IMG/VR virus record: IMGVR_UViG_3300045988_158467
Location: 1-54,823 of that record
Direction: 5' to 3' (one strand)
DNA length: 54,823 nucleotides
Origin: a virus
Shown here: positions 45,303 to 53,514 of the stretch, one piece after another
Position numbering within the stretch: the first letter of the stretch is position 1
How the letters are laid out: every line of letters starts with the position of its first letter
Notes under the pieces: model-generated
Seen by the model: the letters and a program-made list of their open reading frames with translations, nothing else
What the model was told of the DNA's origin: nothing
Database searches by the model: none
Translations under genes and position numbers: made by a program

Positions 45303-45575
45303 ATGTTAGATTTAAGTGTTATAAGTAATTATTTAGTAGTTGCAGTAATATTAGTATGTTGTTGTATAGGATATGTAATAAAAACAAGTTTAGATTTTAT
45401 ACCTAATAAATATATACCATTAATCATGGCCTGCATAGGAGTGGTTTTAAACTACTTTATAGCAGGCTATTTTAATGTAAATGTATTACTAGGAGGAATG
45501 TTGAGCGGTTTAAGTTCTGTAGGACTTCATCAAGCTTTTAAAAATTTAATTGAAAATAAAGAAGGTGATAAATAA
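45303..45575 (+). CDS. holin
   Basis: 90 aa with 2-3 TM segments and a charged C-terminus. Lies directly upstream of the endolysin gene. Confidence 0.7.
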   Translation: MLDLSVISNYLVVAVILVCCCIGYVIKTSLDFIPNKYIPLIMACIGVVLNYFIAGYFNVNVLLGGMLSGLSSVGLHQAFKNLIENKEGDK

Positions 45576-46450
45576 TGAAAACTCAAGGTGGTTTTACCTT
45601 ACTTGAAAATGAAAAGGATGTTAAAAATTGGCTTGCAAAACAAAAGGTAAGTAGAAGAATAACAAGATTACAAGTACACCATATGGATATGCCTAGCTAT
45701 TCTACATGGGAAAAAACTGATAAAAAAGTATTTTCAGAGCCACACTTTGGGAGAACACAATCGCTAGATGATTATGGAAAAAGAACATGGCATTATAGTG
45801 ATGGACATGGTCATTACATAGCACAACATTTTAATGTTTTTTTAGATGGGAAAATAACAACTGGTAGAAACCTTAATAGTACTCCAATCGGTATTAGAGG
45901 TTGGAATACAAATGCTATCTGCATAGAAATATATGGATGCTTTGACAAGGGCAAAGACAAAATGACATCCGCACAAAAGAAAGCCGTTATATATCTATAT
46001 GGAGAGTTATGTAAAAGATTTAATATCCCAGTTAACACTTCTCATATAAGACCTCATTGTTGGTTTACTGCTGGAGGAACTTACTTAGGTAAATATAATC
46101 CTTCAAGAAGTGCTAAAACTTGTCCCGGCACTAACTTCTGGGGATATGGATGTTCTCCTGACGGATTTGCTCACTTCATAAAGGATGTAAAAAACTATGT
46201 AGATGGTAAAAAAGCAGAACCTAAGAAGGAAGAACAAACTAAGGCAACAAAATTTGAAATAGTAACACTTGATAAACTTAATATAAGAAAAGTAGCAGAT
46301 TGGGATGCAGATCCAGTTACTACAGTTAAGAAGGGGCAACATCTACAAGTAATAGATACAGTAGATGCTAAAAACGGAAGTACTTCTATGTATCGCTTAG
46401 AATCAGGTTTATACATAACTGCATCTGATAAATATGTAAAGAAAGTATAA
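45575..46450 (+). CDS. endolysin: N-acetylmuramoyl-L-alanine amidase (Amidase_2/PGRP-like) plus SH3-like C-terminal domain
   Basis: ...RLQVHHMD...AQHFNVFLDG...CIEIYGCFD...SHIRPHCWF...KTCPG. C-terminal LNIRKVADWDADPVTTVKKGQHLQVID. Confidence 0.75.
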   Translation: MKTQGGFTLLENEKDVKNWLAKQKVSRRITRLQVHHMDMPSYSTWEKTDKKVFSEPHFGRTQSLDDYGKRTWHYSDGHGHYIAQHFNVFLDGKITTGRNLNSTPIGIRGWNTNAICIEIYGCFDKGKDKMTSAQKKAVIYLYGELCKRFNIPVNTSHIRPHCWFTAGGTYLGKYNPSRSAKTCPGTNFWGYGCSPDGFAHFIKDVKNYVDGKKAEPKKEEQTKATKFEIVTLDKLNIRKVADWDADPVTTVKKGQHLQVIDTVDAKNGSTSMYRLESGLYITASDKYVKKV

Positions 46451-46454
46451 TAAA

Positions 46455-46496
46455 AAGGCTGGTAGGGATTAATTTCCTTACCAACCTTATTTTTAT
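46455..46496. terminator. bidirectional terminator between convergent genes
   Basis: AAGGCTGGTAGGGA-ttaatt-TCCTTACCAACCTT, a 14-bp stem with G:U pairs, flanked by an A-run and a T-run. Confidence 0.65.
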
Positions 46497-46530
46497 TTAT
46501 TATTCCGATAATTTTCTACCGCAAAATGTT

Positions 46531-47190
46531 TTACTTATCTAATTTATACCACATACCAGGTATACATCCATCATATATTTCAGATGTATTATTTGTTGGT
46601 ACATGGTATATTTTAACTCCTGTTATCTCTATTCTTTCTGTACTTTTTTCTTTTAGGTACAACGTTATTTTTCTAGTTTCTCCAGCTGATATATTTTGTT
46701 CAACACCATTCCATGGTATACAAGTATTGTTTTTATCATATTCTTTAAAATCTATTTCTAAATAATTTATATCATTTCCTGTATTATTAGTCCATGTAAA
46801 TTCAAAACTTGGAGAAATTTCATCATCTAGATAAGTTTTTTCTATACTATCAAGTTGTTTAGCTATATATTTTTCAGCTTCTACTTCATTTCCACTATAA
46901 TTTTCAGGTATTTTTAAATTTACACCATCTTGATAATATTTAGCTTCTTCTTCTATTTTCCAGTCGTGGTTATTTAAAAAATTAATCTCATCCTCTGTTA
47001 ACAACTTTCTGTATGCTTCTGTTAATTCATCCCCTTCTAATCCTTGTAAAGTGGCAATTCTATCTTTTTCAGTCATATGTTCTTCTTTTATAGAGCTTTC
47101 AGCTTTATTCTTATTTATATTATCACTACAACCTACCATACTTACTGCTAATATCCCTGATGTTAAAATGCTTATTAATTTTTTATTCAT
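46531..47190 (-). CDS. prophage lipoprotein
   Basis: MNKKLISILTSGILAVSMVGC is a signal peptide with a lipobox (VGC). ATG 47190 is well spaced from the GGGGG RBS. Confidence 0.7.
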   Translation of the reverse strand: MNKKLISILTSGILAVSMVGCSDNINKNKAESSIKEEHMTEKDRIATLQGLEGDELTEAYRKLLTEDEINFLNNHDWKIEEEAKYYQDGVNLKIPENYSGNEVEAEKYIAKQLDSIEKTYLDDEISPSFEFTWTNNTGNDINYLEIDFKEYDKNNTCIPWNGVEQNISAGETRKITLYLKEKSTERIEITGVKIYHVPTNNTSEIYDGCIPGMWYKLDK

Positions 47191-47254
47191 AAATAACATC
47201 CCCCTTAATAATTTATATTTTAGAATTCTATTTTATTTGACAATTTCCTCTTTG

Positions 47255-47971
47255 TTATTCATATCCATTCTCTCGTGCAAACTTATGAAATTTATCATAC
47301 GATACTTCAAACACTTTTTTCTCTTTTCTTAGTTTTTTAGATTTTTTATATTTATCCCTTAAAAGTTCCATAAAATCGTATTTTGAAAATGGAATACCTA
47401 TAAAATACTTAAATCCTTTATTGTATTTATTCCTCATATGAGCTACTATTGTATTTTCTCCAATTTGGAAAAATAAATCGACATTTGAAGGGATATGAAG
47501 GTTACCAAACTTATAAGCCCATTTCCACTCATAAAGTTTTTCATATGGATTTTTCGGATATTTTGTTATATCTCTTATTTCTTTATCCATAACATTAAAT
47601 ACCCAAACTAAATTATTATTTTTACTATAAAATGTACTTCTTTCGATAAAATCCTGAGATTTCAAAGGAGATTTTTGAAACTCTATGACTAAATTCCCTG
47701 CTTTTATATCAGCTCTATGTTTCTCGCCTTCTTCATTTAAGACAATTTCTCTAAATTGTTCAGGAAAATGTTCTTGCCAATACTTGTGCCACTCACTCAT
47801 TTCATACCAGTCATCGCAATTAACTTTTGTTTTATGAGCAAAATGCCATTGATTCACTATTCCTTTCTTTAGTATTAATTTCCCGTGGCAACAAGGACAA
47901 TAATAGTTATTTCCTTCAACAGCATCTTTTATATTGATTCTATTTTTTAAATCGTCATAAGCATAAAACAA
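47255..47971 (-). CDS. CoiA-like competence-family nuclease
   Basis: YYCPCCHGKLILKKG...WHFAH... then HRADIKAGNLVIEFQKSPL...ERSTFY...LVWVFNV matches the CoiA-family Zn-finger plus PD-(D/E)xK pattern. TTG start. Confidence 0.65.
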   Translation of the reverse strand: MFYAYDDLKNRINIKDAVEGNNYYCPCCHGKLILKKGIVNQWHFAHKTKVNCDDWYEMSEWHKYWQEHFPEQFREIVLNEEGEKHRADIKAGNLVIEFQKSPLKSQDFIERSTFYSKNNNLVWVFNVMDKEIRDITKYPKNPYEKLYEWKWAYKFGNLHIPSNVDLFFQIGENTIVAHMRNKYNKGFKYFIGIPFSKYDFMELLRDKYKKSKKLRKEKKVFEVSYDKFHKFARENGYE

Positions 47972-48034
47972 TTATTAATCATCCTCCTCATAGACTACTC
48001 AAAAGAGTAGCCTACTTTATTATATTAATCCTAT

Positions 48035-48838
48035 TTATCTTATTAAGTCTAAGTCTTTTTCTATTGTAGGTAAAATCTCTTTTTCTTTTAAAAACTCATA
48101 CAAGAATAATCTTCCCTTTTGAGTCCATTTAGTAATAATGCTCACATCATCTCTTCCGTCTTTATGTTTATAATTTACTGTTTCAGAATGAGTATATCCC
48201 TTATTTTGATATTTTTTATATAAAAACCATTGATTACCTAATCTATATTGTATTTTAAAATCACAAAGTAATTTATTGAACTCTTGAGCAGACATTCCAT
48301 AATCTTTTGCTATTGATGTTACTTTGATTAATCCTTTATTTTGTAAAATTATATCTGTATAATGTGCTTTAGGTTTTAATACTTTTATTTCATCGTGTAG
48401 TGGTTCAGTTACTACTTTTTCAAAATCTTTGATTGCTATGGCTTGTTCTATATCTGTTCTTGAATTGATTATATTTAATATTGCTTGGTCGTGTTTTGTT
48501 AATTGTGGTTTTGGATTGAAATAATTTTCTTCTAATGCATCAAACATTTCCCATGCTTTATCAGTTCCTAACATTTTACAATGTCTACTTGCACCCCTCT
48601 TAGTCCATAGATATAGTGTTCTAGTTTTAGGTGATATTTGTAATTCGAAATTTTCTAGTCGCAAATTTTTAAGTTCTTCACCTTCGATTTTATAATAATG
48701 TTTGTCTTTTATAAATTTATCTTTGTTATTGTTGAAGTTTTGTTGTATTTGTAGTACATCACATTCATACACCTCAGCTAATATTTTAGTAGTTATAACA
48801 ACTTCCTCTTTGTAATTTATAGGTTTTAATTCTTTCAT
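48035..48838 (-). CDS. phage antirepressor (ORF6N/KilA-N-like N-terminal domain plus KilAC/ANT C-terminal domain)
   Basis: ...VITTKILAEVYECDVLQIQQNFNNNKDKF...YLWTKRGASRHCKMLGTDKAWEMFD... and ...VTSIAKDYGMSAQEFNKLL... Confidence 0.65.
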   Translation of the reverse strand: MKELKPINYKEEVVITTKILAEVYECDVLQIQQNFNNNKDKFIKDKHYYKIEGEELKNLRLENFELQISPKTRTLYLWTKRGASRHCKMLGTDKAWEMFDALEENYFNPKPQLTKHDQAILNIINSRTDIEQAIAIKDFEKVVTEPLHDEIKVLKPKAHYTDIILQNKGLIKVTSIAKDYGMSAQEFNKLLCDFKIQYRLGNQWFLYKKYQNKGYTHSETVNYKHKDGRDDVSIITKWTQKGRLFLYEFLKEKEILPTIEKDLDLIR

Positions 48839-48959
48839 ACTCTAATCCTCCAATTGTTTTTTATCTTGGAGACTGTTATAATGTAAATAGAGATTTTGAT
48901 TAAGTCTCCATTTGTTTAAAGATATCCTATGCTTTCTCAGGGCGAATAGGGTATCTTTT

Positions 48960-49103
48960 TTATTTATCTTTGTCAACGTACTTAATTATAAATTCTGTAA
49001 TAACTTCTTTCATCGTCCGTTCATCTTCTAAAAGTTTTATTTTGAGTTTTTTATAAAGTTCAGGACTAACTCTAACTGTTATCTTTTTTTCTTCATTTTT
49101 CAT
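48960..49103 (-). CDS. ribbon-helix-helix (CopG/Arc-like) protein (47 aa)
   Basis: GGAGGTG RBS. KKITVRVSPELYKKLKIKLLEDERTMKEVITEFI shows a beta-strand plus two-helix pattern. Confidence 0.5.
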   Translation of the reverse strand: MKNEEKKITVRVSPELYKKLKIKLLEDERTMKEVITEFIIKYVDKDK

Positions 49104-49238
49104 CTTTATCACCTCCTTTACTATTTATACTATAATGGTAGTCCTTAAGGAAAAAGCCGTCAACTATATTTTAAAAAATATTCCAATAATCGTTCGACAT
49201 AAAAAGACTAGAGAAGTCAATCCCTAGCCTTTCCTTTA

Positions 49239-49445
49239 TTAGCAACTATAATATTTATTTTCTATATTATTATATCTCTTTAGAAGAATATCATTTTCTC
49301 CCCAAAATCTTGCTTCTACTTGGTCAATATCAACTTTTTCTTTACAAATTTCTCTAAATAGATTAATTGCACTTACATAATCAGTCCAACCACTATATAG
49401 TTCTAAACCTTCATTATTTATCCAACTAACTTGAAAATTATTCAT
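49239..49445 (-). CDS. hypothetical protein (68 aa)
   Basis: Translationally coupled (TAAATG) to the upstream 47-aa ORF. Confidence 0.45.
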   Translation of the reverse strand: MNNFQVSWINNEGLELYSGWTDYVSAINLFREICKEKVDIDQVEARFWGENDILLKRYNNIENKYYSC

Positions 49446-49589
49446 TTATTTGCCCTCCATGTCTTTTAATATTATATTTATAAGTTCTTCCTTAGTAAAT
49501 TCATCTCCTGGATAATATCCTCTTGCATCATAGAAGTATTCTTTTAACATTTCCATGCTAGTTTTTTCTAACATTTCTTTCATTTTCAT
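49446..49589 (-). CDS. hypothetical protein (47 aa)
   Basis: AAGGGGGA RBS. First gene of a leftward mini-operon. Confidence 0.4.
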   Translation of the reverse strand: MKMKEMLEKTSMEMLKEYFYDARGYYPGDEFTKEELINIILKDMEGK

Positions 49590-49805
49590 ATCCCCCTTTT
49601 TCTTTTATAGTAATATATATGCAGTGATTAAATAAAAATTACATAAATTTATATAAAAATTAAATAATTTTTTATTAATTTTATGTAACACTTATAGAAG
49701 AATTGCATAACTTAATATTAAAGAAGGATTTTAATAAAAAATAAATAATATAATTATTATACATTTTTTAAATAAATCTTGAATAAAAATTAGTGAGGTG
49801 AGATT

Positions 49806-49976
49806 ATGGCAAAAGAAAAACCAACTATAATCAATATAAGCTTCAAAACACAAACACTAGATGATAAGATGCTCTTAGATTGGCTAGAAGTCAAATTTAA
49901 AGAATATGGGAAATCAAATTATATAAAGAATGTGCTTAGAGAAAAGATGTATAAAGAAATAAATAAAGAAGAGTAA
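49806..49976 (+). CDS. small RHH-like protein (56 aa)
   Basis: GTGAGGTGAG RBS. PTIINISFKTQTLDDKMLLDWLE. Followed by a terminator. Confidence 0.45.
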   Translation: MAKEKPTIINISFKTQTLDDKMLLDWLEVKFKEYGKSNYIKNVLREKMYKEINKEE

Positions 49977-49986
49977 ACAAAAGAAA

Positions 49987-50016
49987 AAGCCGAGAACGAA
50001 TATCTCAGGCTTTTTT
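49987..50016 (+). terminator. Rho-independent terminator
   Basis: AAGCCGAGA/TCTCAGGCTT stem (one bulge) followed by a T6 run. Confidence 0.6.
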
Positions 50017-50154
50017 ATTATGTTAAAATAGAATTTTTTCTATTATATCTAGAGCAATAGCACACCCAAACCAAAATACAGCTTGACCCATTCTAATTCA
50101 CCTACTTGCGATTTTGTGTATTAATATTATTTGCAAATTTAAGGAGGTTTATTC

Positions 50155-50523
50155 ATGAAATCTTATACTTTTTCTGAATACAAGCAATTACAAGAATTGA
50201 GTACCTTAGATAGATTTATAGGAAACTTAAAGAAGAATAAAAAAGAGTACGCTAGATTAGTATTTTTATTAGCTATAACAATTCCAAAGCCTATATTTGC
50301 CCAAAATAATGACATGGGACTAGGAGATGTAGCATGGGAAATAATTCACATGGTCCTTGTATTTGCTAAATATGGTTGCTTAGGGAAAGGTATACTATGC
50401 ATGACCAATGAAATGTTAGCAGGAGCTAATTTAAAAGAAGCTAGCTCTGCTGGATTACAATATTTTATTTTTTATATTATATTAAATATTTATCCAAGAT
50501 TGTTTAGTATGGTTAAATTTTAA
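50155..50523 (+). CDS. small membrane protein with long leader and two hydrophobic helices (VirB2/TrbC-propilin-like architecture)
   Basis: AAGGAGG RBS. A charged 30-aa N-terminus is followed by RLVFLLAITIPKPIFA|Q (candidate cleavage after A49). Two hydrophobic helices follow in the remaining 73 aa. Confidence 0.55.
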   Translation: MKSYTFSEYKQLQELSTLDRFIGNLKKNKKEYARLVFLLAITIPKPIFAQNNDMGLGDVAWEIIHMVLVFAKYGCLGKGILCMTNEMLAGANLKEASSAGLQYFIFYIILNIYPRLFSMVKF

Positions 50524-50535
50524 GGAGGTATTTAT

Positions 50536-50745
50536 ATGGATAAATTAAATGCTTTTTTAGGTAAATTTACAGTTGAGTGCTTAGAAACTTTAAGTATCGT
50601 TTGCTATGATTGGCTAGTAGTAGCTGGATTGATAGCTTTAGTTTTATATATATTTGGTTGGGAAAAAGGAAAGAGAGTAGGCTTAATGTGTCCTGCTATA
50701 TATATCATAATCAACATATTAAGCAAGGTGTTATGCCATGCTTAA
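50536..50745 (+). CDS. small two-TM membrane protein (VirB3-like position)
   Basis: AAGGAGG RBS. TM segments WLVVAGLIALVLYIFGW and LMCPAIYIIINILSKVL. Confidence 0.55.
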   Translation: MDKLNAFLGKFTVECLETLSIVCYDWLVVAGLIALVLYIFGWEKGKRVGLMCPAIYIIINILSKVLCHA

Positions 50746-53020
50746 TATAATTCCTAGTAAACCTAAAAGTATGAAATTAAGTGATTATTACGAATATAGA
50801 AAATGCGAATATTCAATTATCAGATTAGTTCCTACAAAGAGCAACAAAAATAATAATACTGAACAAATAGCATCTCTAATTAATAAAATGTTTAAGCAGT
50901 CTAATAAATATATAAATCAAGCTAGTAAAAAGTTAATTATCGTTCAAAAACCCAAAGTATCCTTTTATATTCATATTACAAAAGGAAAGGTCCAATTTTA
51001 TTTTATAATTCCTAAATTATATCTAAATCAATTTAAAATAAAATTTCAAGAGGTTTGGAAAAATATAGAGATTGAAGAAGTGGATAATATTCCAATGGAT
51101 ATTAATAGCTGCAGTAAATTTGATTTGCATTATAAATATGATGAGTCATTATCTCTTGCGGTTGATAAAAGAAATAATGACTTACTCAATAGCAACATGA
51201 CGATTACATCTATATTGGAAGAAAATGAAATGGTGGGAATATTATATAATTTTATACCGACTAGTGAAAAAGAATCCAACTATTTTAGATCTAATACCTA
51301 TCCAAGAGCAATTCAAAGATACAAAAATGGAGAAAATCTAAAAAAGTCAAAAAATATTAAAGATTTATCTGTAATAGCATTAAAAAATTTTATCTCACTC
51401 ATAAACGACCTCTTAAATTGTATTTTAAACGTACCACAAAATAATCAGCTTATACTTAATCCTTTACAATGCGAAATCTCTCATAGCACTAAAAGAAAGG
51501 GTGAGAAGGCAATTTGTAAAAATCAGAGTATAATTTTAACCAAATCTAGTGAGAAATCAAGAGAAATTGAACTTTCTAACGCTTTTTCTAATACTTTCAA
51601 GATAATTTCAGATGATAATGAGTTAATCATTAATGAAATTACTAAAAACATTGATATAAAAAAGACAACTATAAATCATGTGAATGTTAATAAAACAACA
51701 ATTGAAGAAAGCAGTAATTTTATAAGTATGCCTAGTCTAGAGGTTATAGATCAATTTAAGATGATTGAACATAATAAGTGCCTAGAGTTGAAAGCCCCTA
51801 AATGTTTAGAAGGTGGAGAAGTAAGAATTGGAACTGTAAAGAATAAAGAAAACAAACAAGAGGTATATTACTCCATGGATGAGCAAATGAAAAGATTAGG
51901 AAGAGTATTGCTTGGCAGTATGGGTAGTGGTAAATCTTATTACATGCAAAATATGGCAAGTGATATTATAAAGGCTGGTAGAGGATTAGTAGTAATAGAT
52001 TATATAGATAAATGTCAGCTATCAGATAATATAAAGAAAATAACTTCAAAGGATAAATTAGTAGAAATTAATTTCAATGATCCTAAGCAAGTTCAATCAT
52101 TTAACTTTAATGAGTTAATATTTAATGAAGATGATAACATATACTATAAGGTTAATATAGCTATGCAGAAAGCTGAACAAATGCAATTATTATTAGACAG
52201 TATAAATGATGACAATAGTAAACTTACACCAAGAATGCTTAGATATTTTTATGCAGCTGCTACAGTAGTATATTATAAGAATGTAAATGCTAGTTTTAAA
52301 GACATTATTAATATATTGAAATATCCAGATAAAAGATTTGAGTTAATAAAGAATGTACCGGATATTTTAATAGAAGAAATAGAAGATTTAAAAGATCTAG
52401 ATAAAATAGATAGCAAAGGTAGAGTAGAGAATTATGATAGCAAGATAGATGGAATACTGGACCGTGTTAGCTGGTTAAAAACTAATTTATATACAAAACT
52501 AGCATTTAATAAAGAAGCTGATAATAATATTAATTTTGTAGAAGCTATGAAGCAGAATAAAGTAATTCTGATAAAAATACCTGAACAGTATTTTAAAAGC
52601 AGAATGATTAGAAATGTAATTGCCACATACTTTTTAAATAAAGTTTGGATTAGTAAGCAAATAGATTGTAGTACACATACAGAATTATTCTTTGATGAGA
52701 TACATCAATGTTACAACTGCCAACTACTTATGCAAAACATATTGGTAGAATGTAGAAAATTTCAATTAACTCCTACTTTAGCTTTACATTATTTAGATCA
52801 GTTAACTCCTAAGTGCAAAAATAGTGTATTGGCATCTGGATCTAGTTATTTATTATTGCAAGGATGTAATGTAAAAGCATTTAAAGAATTATCTACTTAC
52901 TTTGAAAAAGATGGATATAGTGAAATTGATTTAGCTGAATTAGATAGATACAACGCTTTATGTCTAATAAAGAATGAAGAACAAGGATATAGCTCGTTTA
53001 TATGTAAGCTGCCTAGTTAG
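50738..53020 (+). CDS. 760-aa P-loop ATPase of the FtsK/HerA-VirB4/VirD4 (AAA_10/TraG-D_C-like) type with an uncharacterised ~370-aa N-terminal region
   Basis: Walker A GSMGSGKS (51914-51937). Walker B LFFDE (52685-52699). Downstream ECRKFQLTPTLALHYLDQL...SYLLLQG. Overlaps the preceding gene by 8 nt. Confidence 0.65.
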   Translation: MLNIIPSKPKSMKLSDYYEYRKCEYSIIRLVPTKSNKNNNTEQIASLINKMFKQSNKYINQASKKLIIVQKPKVSFYIHITKGKVQFYFIIPKLYLNQFKIKFQEVWKNIEIEEVDNIPMDINSCSKFDLHYKYDESLSLAVDKRNNDLLNSNMTITSILEENEMVGILYNFIPTSEKESNYFRSNTYPRAIQRYKNGENLKKSKNIKDLSVIALKNFISLINDLLNCILNVPQNNQLILNPLQCEISHSTKRKGEKAICKNQSIILTKSSEKSREIELSNAFSNTFKIISDDNELIINEITKNIDIKKTTINHVNVNKTTIEESSNFISMPSLEVIDQFKMIEHNKCLELKAPKCLEGGEVRIGTVKNKENKQEVYYSMDEQMKRLGRVLLGSMGSGKSYYMQNMASDIIKAGRGLVVIDYIDKCQLSDNIKKITSKDKLVEINFNDPKQVQSFNFNELIFNEDDNIYYKVNIAMQKAEQMQLLLDSINDDNSKLTPRMLRYFYAAATVVYYKNVNASFKDIINILKYPDKRFELIKNVPDILIEEIEDLKDLDKIDSKGRVENYDSKIDGILDRVSWLKTNLYTKLAFNKEADNNINFVEAMKQNKVILIKIPEQYFKSRMIRNVIATYFLNKVWISKQIDCSTHTELFFDEIHQCYNCQLLMQNILVECRKFQLTPTLALHYLDQLTPKCKNSVLASGSSYLLLQGCNVKAFKELSTYFEKDGYSEIDLAELDRYNALCLIKNEEQGYSSFICKLPS

Positions 53021-53253
53021 GTAGCTTATTTTTATGTAAATTTGTATTAAAAAAAGGAGCACATGTATAAGCACGCACTCCCCTATGGACACTGACCATA
53101 TCATAAACCGTGTATTAAATATCTAAACAAGTTTAGAACGTTTCACTTATCAAATACACTTGATATAGTGTATGCAAATCACTGGCTAAAAATTGCATGT
53201 CCTTTCATATTTAACACATATTTAACATTTAATTCCTAACTGCTATGATTGCC

Positions 53254-53514
53254 TGTGGATAAAATTGTGGATAAAATATAATAACTGACTTTTTACTGAC
53301 ATTTTAAATGTATTCATGGTTGTATTGCTGAATATAACTTAAATTGATAAACATAGTCAATCACACGTACAGTGTGACAAAGACCATTGCAAACTTTGGT
53401 GTTGAATGGCAAGTGCAAGTATTTTTAGTACTTGCACTTGTAACTAATGGTAACTTTTACTATATTTAAGACTGGCAATACACTGACAACTGACAATCAA
53501 ACTGACAACTGACA
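53254..53514. repeat. attP-like repeat cluster adjacent to int
   Basis: TGTGGATAAAAT x2 in tandem (53254-53277). ACTGAC x2 (53284-53300). A 12-bp inverted repeat CAAGTGCAAGTA/TACTTGCACTTG (53410-53440). ACTGACAACTGACA x2 (53482-53495 and 53501-53514), abutting the int stop codon. Confidence 0.5.

Noticed and set aside
46526-47332. Plus-strand ORFs 46526..46765 and 47051..47332.
   Set aside because: They are shadows of the minus-strand lipoprotein and CoiA-like genes. They have no RBS, and their hydrophobic translations are meaningless.
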